The notes beneath the pieces are model-generated. The model was not told the DNA's origin and did no database searches. It saw nothing but the letters and a program-made list of their open reading frames with translations. A DNA stretch of 54,455 nucleotides, from positions 35,641 to 90,095 of the forward strand of contig MQRK01231253.1 in the NCBI GenBank assembly GCA_001938485.1, written 5' to 3'. Both the position numbers and the translations under genes were made by a program. Shown here piece by piece: positions 49,386 to 54,455 of the stretch (position 1 is the first letter of the stretch; every line of letters begins with the position of its first letter). Source of the DNA: Girardia tigrina. Lineage: Eukaryota.

Positions 49386-50867
49386 GGCTGTCCCAAAAGT
49401 CCTCAGGGGGCCTTTAAAAACACACTAATATTTTACCAATTTTAACCAAATTTGGACTGAATATTATTCAGACTGTCATAAATACTGTGTTAAAATTTCA
49501 AGGTATAAAATTTGAAACTTACCAAAAAAATAATATTAATAACCAACAAAAAACATAGATGCACCGAATTTAAAAATTTATTTAAAAAAATATTTTAATA
49601 ATTTATTAAGCAACAACATATTCACCATTGTTGTCAATAACCAACTGACAATAGTTAAAAAGTTTATCTAGTTGATTTTTTAATGTTTCTGTTGATAAAG
49701 AATTCAAAAAGAATTTACAAGCTTCTTCAATTTCTTCATGTTATTTGAAAACATGATTTTTAAAACTTTTCTTCATTTTGGAAAACAAGAATCTGTCACA
49801 CAGATTAAAATCTGGGCTATAGGGCGATTGATAATTTTTTTTCAATTTTTCTTCTTTCAAAAAAAAGAGTTGTTTCTTTGCTAGAATGAGGTCTTGCATT
49901 ATCATGCCACCACTTAAGTTCCTTTAGCTTGATGCTGTTAGATCTAAGTTTCCGCCATTTTTCACCGGTGTCATGAACAAAGTTCACATACGCCTCGGAA
50001 TCAATCTTGGTACCATATGGCAGTGCTTTTATATTAAAACGTTTATTGCAGGTAAAGGTTACGAAAACAAGAGATTTTTTATCAGTCATTGACTTTATCA
50101 CTTTTGGTGAACAGCATTAGAAGGAATCCAAACTTTATGATCTTCTTTCTTTCCTCTACCCGGGAAAAAGACCCATGTCTCATCCTCGATCACTATGTTG
50201 GAATATGCTTCATCACCCATCTGAGAAATTATATGGCGTATATACTTTGCAGTGTTAATGCGTTGTTGTTTATTAGCAGCAGAAAGTTCGTGAGGGACCC
50301 AAACAGAACAAACTTTTTTTGTAATGAAGTTTTTCACGCAAAATTTTTTGTACTGTATTTTTGCCTAAAGAAAGTTAATTTTCAATATAATGCAAAGACG
50401 CATTTGGAGCTTCATCAATCACTATTTTTCCTGCTTTAATCTTTTCATCGTCTATTAATGACGGCCTACCATTTCTTGATAAATCATCGAAGCACGTCCG
50501 CCTTTTTTTAAAATTAGTGAGCCATTGTTGAATAGTTTTCAGTGCTGGGTGATTTGCGTCTTCCCATGCCTGCTGAAGTTGCTGAAAAATTTCTAAAGCA
50601 GAGAATCCTCTTTTACTTTGAGTTAGAACAAGAAAACGTTGGCAACATTTATTTGGTTCCATTGTTAAAAACCGCTTGATTTGAATTCGCTGCACTTTTA
50701 AAATTTCAATACTTTAATAAAACAAAATTTTACTTTTTTTAATTTTATGCTTTGAAATTTAAACACAGTATTTATGACAGTCTGAATAATATTCAGTCCA
50801 AATTTGGTTAAATTTGGTAAAATATTAGTGTGTTTTTAAAGGCCACCTGAAGACTTTTGGGACAGCC
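49386..50867 (-). mobile_element. Divergent mariner-like element with ~120-bp TIRs
   Basis: TA flanks; long TIR GGCTGTCCCAAAAGTC...; WVPHEL, EDETW, HDNARPH, PYSPDFNLCD. Confidence 0.9.
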
Positions 50868-50955
50868 TAAGTATTGAATGAAATAATATTATTAGCATAT
50901 TTACAGAATGGTAATTAAAAAGATAATGTTCATTATAAATATTTATTCACTTGTA

Positions 50956-52347
50956 TTGAGTGTACAACTAATTAATTTCGTATTTTTTTGTTAAAAAAAC
51001 CATTTATTTAAGTATAAAAGTGAAAAAATATTTTATTCAAAATATTGTCCATCGGAAGCGGCAACTTTTTCCCATCTGTCAGGCAATATATGGATTCCAT
51101 CCCAAAAAATACTTCTCATCTTTTGCGCCGAGAAAGTCATCAAGCCATTTTTTAATACCTTCAACATTGGTGAACCGTATTTCAGAAAGGTGATTCTGCA
51201 TCGACCGAAACAAGTGGTAATCAGAAGGAGCTATGTCTGGGCTATAAGGCGGGTGAGGTAGAATTTCCCATCTGGCATTTTCCAAATAATTTTTGACCGG
51301 TACTGCAACATGTGGCCGAGCATTATCATAATGGAAAATCAATTTCTCGTGTCTGGTCGCCCATTCTGGCCGTTTTTCGGCTATTGCTTGCTTCAAACGT
51401 ATCAATTGTTGCCTGTATAGCTCTCCCGTGATCGTCTGGCCCGANNNNNNNNNNNNNNNNNNNNNNNNNNNNNNNNNNNNNNNNNNNNNNNNNNCGTTTT
51501 TCGGCTATTGCTTGCTTCAAACGTATCAATTGTTGCCTGTATAGCTCTCCCGTGATCGTCTGGCCCGATTTTAACAGCTCATAGTACAGCACACCCTTCT
51601 GATCCCATCAAATGCAGAGCATTACCTTCAAACCATGAATATTCGGCTTTGGTGTCGATTTGGCTGGTTAACCTGGTTTCACATATGATCTTTTACGCTT
51701 TGGGTTGTCGTAATGAATCCACTTTTCATCGCCAGTGACAATACGATGTAAAAACGGTTTCTTTTTGTGGCGATTAAGCATCATTTCAGACATGCANNNN
51801 NNNNNNNNNNNNNNNNNNNNNNNNNNNNNNNNNNNNNNNNNNNNNNNNNNNNNNNNNNNNNNNNNNNNNNNNNNNNNNNNNNNNNNNNNNNNNNNNNNNN
51901 NNNNNNNNNNNNNNNNNNNNNNNNNNNNNNNNNNNNNNNNNNNNNNNNNNNNNNNNNNNNNNNNNNNNNNNNNNNNNNNNNNNNNNNNNNNNNNNNTTTG
52001 TCTTCTGTGTCAAAATCGCCACTTTTAAATCGTGCAAACCACTGCTGACATACTCTAACCTCTGGACCATATTCAGGATAAGCTTCTGAGAGTAAACGAT
52101 GTGCTTCTGTTGCACCTTTCCTTAAATTAAAGAAAAAGAGCAAACCTCCCCGGAAATGCTGTTTTGTTGGAACGTAATTTGACATTTTGACTGTAATAAA
52201 AAAAAATTGTGTGTTTATTAAAATTCAATAAAATTGACTATTGACTACATAAATAGATGAGGTTAGTAACAAATTCGAAATGAGGTAACAAATACGAATA
52301 TAAGGTTATTTCGTAACAAATACGAAATTAATTAGTTGTACACCTAA
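50956..52347 (-). mobile_element. mariner, mauritiana/Mos1-like
   Basis: TA TSD; TIR TTAGGTGTACAACTAATTAATTTCGTATTT; MSNYVPTK..., TGDEKW, YDNARPH, YSPDIAPSDYHLF; two N-gaps. Confidence 0.93.
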
Positions 52348-52349
52348 TA

Positions 52350-54335
52350 CAAAAATGATTTCTATTTTTTGTTTTGAAATTATCACCTTAATAGAATGTT
52401 TTTTTAATAGTCATCAGAGCGGCATAAAATTTCTTAACCTGTTTACAACGCAATCATGTAGCTTAAAATATTTTTTAATTCGCTTTCATTATCTTTGAAA
52501 GGTCCTTCCTGTGGCACATATAGTAAAAAATTAATTGTACATCGAATATTCGTATATACAAATACTTCGTCAAGAATCTCTGGACTTCCTTGAACTTTAT
52601 CCTCTACTATTTTATTTTCATGTTGGAAATTAACAAATAAACGATCCCATATTTTATTCGTCCAAGAATTTTACTACAATTTTCGATGAATATTTGATTT
52701 AGGAATACGAATAATTTATTAGATTTGGGTATTCCCGTTTAAAAGACACAAAAATATCAAAGAGAAACAAAATTTTTCTGACGCCATTCAGTAACATATT
52801 TATGCAAAGCTTCAAACATCTCTTGAAAAACTGTTGTTTAGTTCGTTTAATTTATTAAATGAATAAATACTCAATCAGAAATCAACAGATTCGAATCATT
52901 TTTATTTAGCTTCTTTACAGCGATTTTCATGGGCTCAAGCACAAGTAATTTTTTTTCTAAAGCTCTAAATTTTCTTCTTTAAATAATACTGCTCCAAATT
53001 CACTTAAAGCCATATTGAAACTATTATTGGGTTGTTCGGAAAGTTATTTCGTTTTTTTTGTATTAAAGTAAAAAACAACTTTTTATGACGAATAAATATT
53101 TTATTGAAATACATATTGACCATTGTGGTCCAATACCTTCTTCCATCTTCCTGACAGTGACATGAATCCAAGTTCATAAAATATTTGTTCTTTGCTGCTA
53201 AAAAACTTTTCCAGGGGATTTTTAACATCTTCATTTGATCAAAAAGTGTTACCATCTAAATAATTTTGTAGACACCGGAACAATCAGAAGGTGCGAGGTG
53301 TGAAGAATATAGTGGGTAATGCATGATGTTCCATCCAAGCTGTAAAAGCTTTTGGCGAGTTACCAAACTTGTATGAGGTCTGGCATTATCTTGGTGAAAC
53401 ACTACACCTTTTCTATTGATCAATTCTGGCCTTTTGTGTTTAAGGGATTCATTTAATTTGTCCAGGTGATGACAGTAGACATTCGAATTGATTGTAGTTT
53501 TGTCCGGAAGAAGCTCATAAAATACGATTCCTTTGAAATCCCACCAAAGAGATAGCATCACTTTTTATGAATGTCAGCTTTTGAAGTGATTTGAGCAGGT
53601 TGATCTTTTTTACTCCAAGATCTCTTGCGTTTTACATTATTTTAAACTACCCATTTCTCATCTCCAATGACGATGCGCTTCAAAAATGAATCATTTTCTT
53701 GACGTTTGAGAAGCATATCGCAGATGTCTAAATTTCGTTCGGTAAGATTATGAGGAATCCATGTGTCGAGTTTTGATGTAAAATCTAAGCGCTGCAAATG
53801 ATCAAGGATGGTCGAATTAGATAAATGTAATGTATGGGCAATTGCACGAGTTTCGTCAGTTTGAATCAATCAATGCCTTTATTATGTCTTCGTTAGCCTC
53901 AACGAGCCTTCGGAACAAAAAATCTTCAACATCAAAATTTCCGGATCTAAATTTTTTAAACCAGTTTTAGCATTGGCGTTCTGTTAACACATCTTCTCCA
54001 TACACTTCGCATAATTTTCTTCTTGCTTGTACACCATTTTTACCTTTTCGGAAGTAAAAAAGTAATGCATGCCGTAAATGCTGATTCTTGCTTTCCATCT
54101 TTGATAGGTCAAAAATCAAATATAAATGTTTTTAATTATTCCAAAATTTTCCAAATCTAACCTTGATTACCAACTGCTAAAGTAAATAATATAGTCAATG
54201 ATTATTAATGATTATTAATATAAAAAATACATTTAAAACAAGTATTAAAAAACGAAATAACTTTCCGAACAACCCAATAAATAATTCTAAAAACGTTTTA
54301 TCAAACGTTTACAATCAAGTAAGAATTTTGGCGGT
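52350..54335 (-). pseudogene. hAT transposase remnant interrupted by mariner insertions
   Basis: Minus strand: LLDCK..LIKRF (54285-54325); after the 53027 mariner, LEPMKIAVKKLNKNDSNLLISD, then LRKFYAALM. Confidence 0.5.
53027..54277 (-). mobile_element. mariner (DD34D), defective
   Basis: TA TSD; TIR TTGGGTTGTTCGGAAAGTTATTTCGTTTTTT; WIPHNL, GDEKW, QDNARPH, LAPSD. Confidence 0.93.
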
Positions 54336-54339
54336 TTTA

Positions 54340-54455
54340 TTAGGTGTACAAGTATGAAATGCGGATTAAATTTTGAAAAGAAATATGTTAAAAACAAAAG
54401 AACGATAAAAAAAGCTTTATTCAAAATATGCTCCATTACTAATGATACATTTGTC
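54340..54455 (-). mobile_element. 3' end of another Mos1-like mariner, running off the window
   Basis: TA + TTAGGTGTACAAGTATGAAATG TIR; minus strand reads DKCIISNGAYFE*. Confidence 0.8.

Noticed and set aside
51371-51568. Duplicated segment in a mariner transposase
   Set aside because: Same overlap-across-gap artefact.
1-54455. Alternative genetic code (frequent in-frame TAA/TAG/TGA)
   Set aside because: Stops replace different residues (W, R, Q, Y) and come with frameshifts, consistent with AT-biased pseudogene decay.

Overview
This is very AT-rich eukaryotic (probably invertebrate; taxon not determinable from the window) scaffold DNA with several N-gaps, made almost entirely of nested, decayed mobile elements. 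I found no intact multi-exon host gene, rRNA, tRNA or CRISPR array. Main components: (1) a 2.7-kb internally deleted Polinton/Maverick (adintovirus-like) element with TIRs and a 6-bp TSD, stitching together fragments of a packaging ATPase, a parvovirus-type PLA2 and a protein-primed PolB; (2) a near-complete Ty3/gypsy element with a 117-bp LTR and a candidate -1 frameshift signal, inserted in a Helitron-like tandem repeat; (3) a second gypsy remnant plus a family of ~500-bp solo LTRs with 5-bp TSDs whose 3' ends carry a collinear Cys-rich micro-ORF; (4) seven mariner elements, three Tc1/maT-like elements, a pogo element, two hAT remnants, MITEs and weak MULE and R4-like LINE remnants; (5) two intronless, CpG-rich orphan ORFs (a C3HC4 RING protein and a destruction-box, cyclin A/B-like ORF) that share an upstream motif and may be mobile-element cargo. 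All calls come from reading the sequence by eye; no database searches were run.
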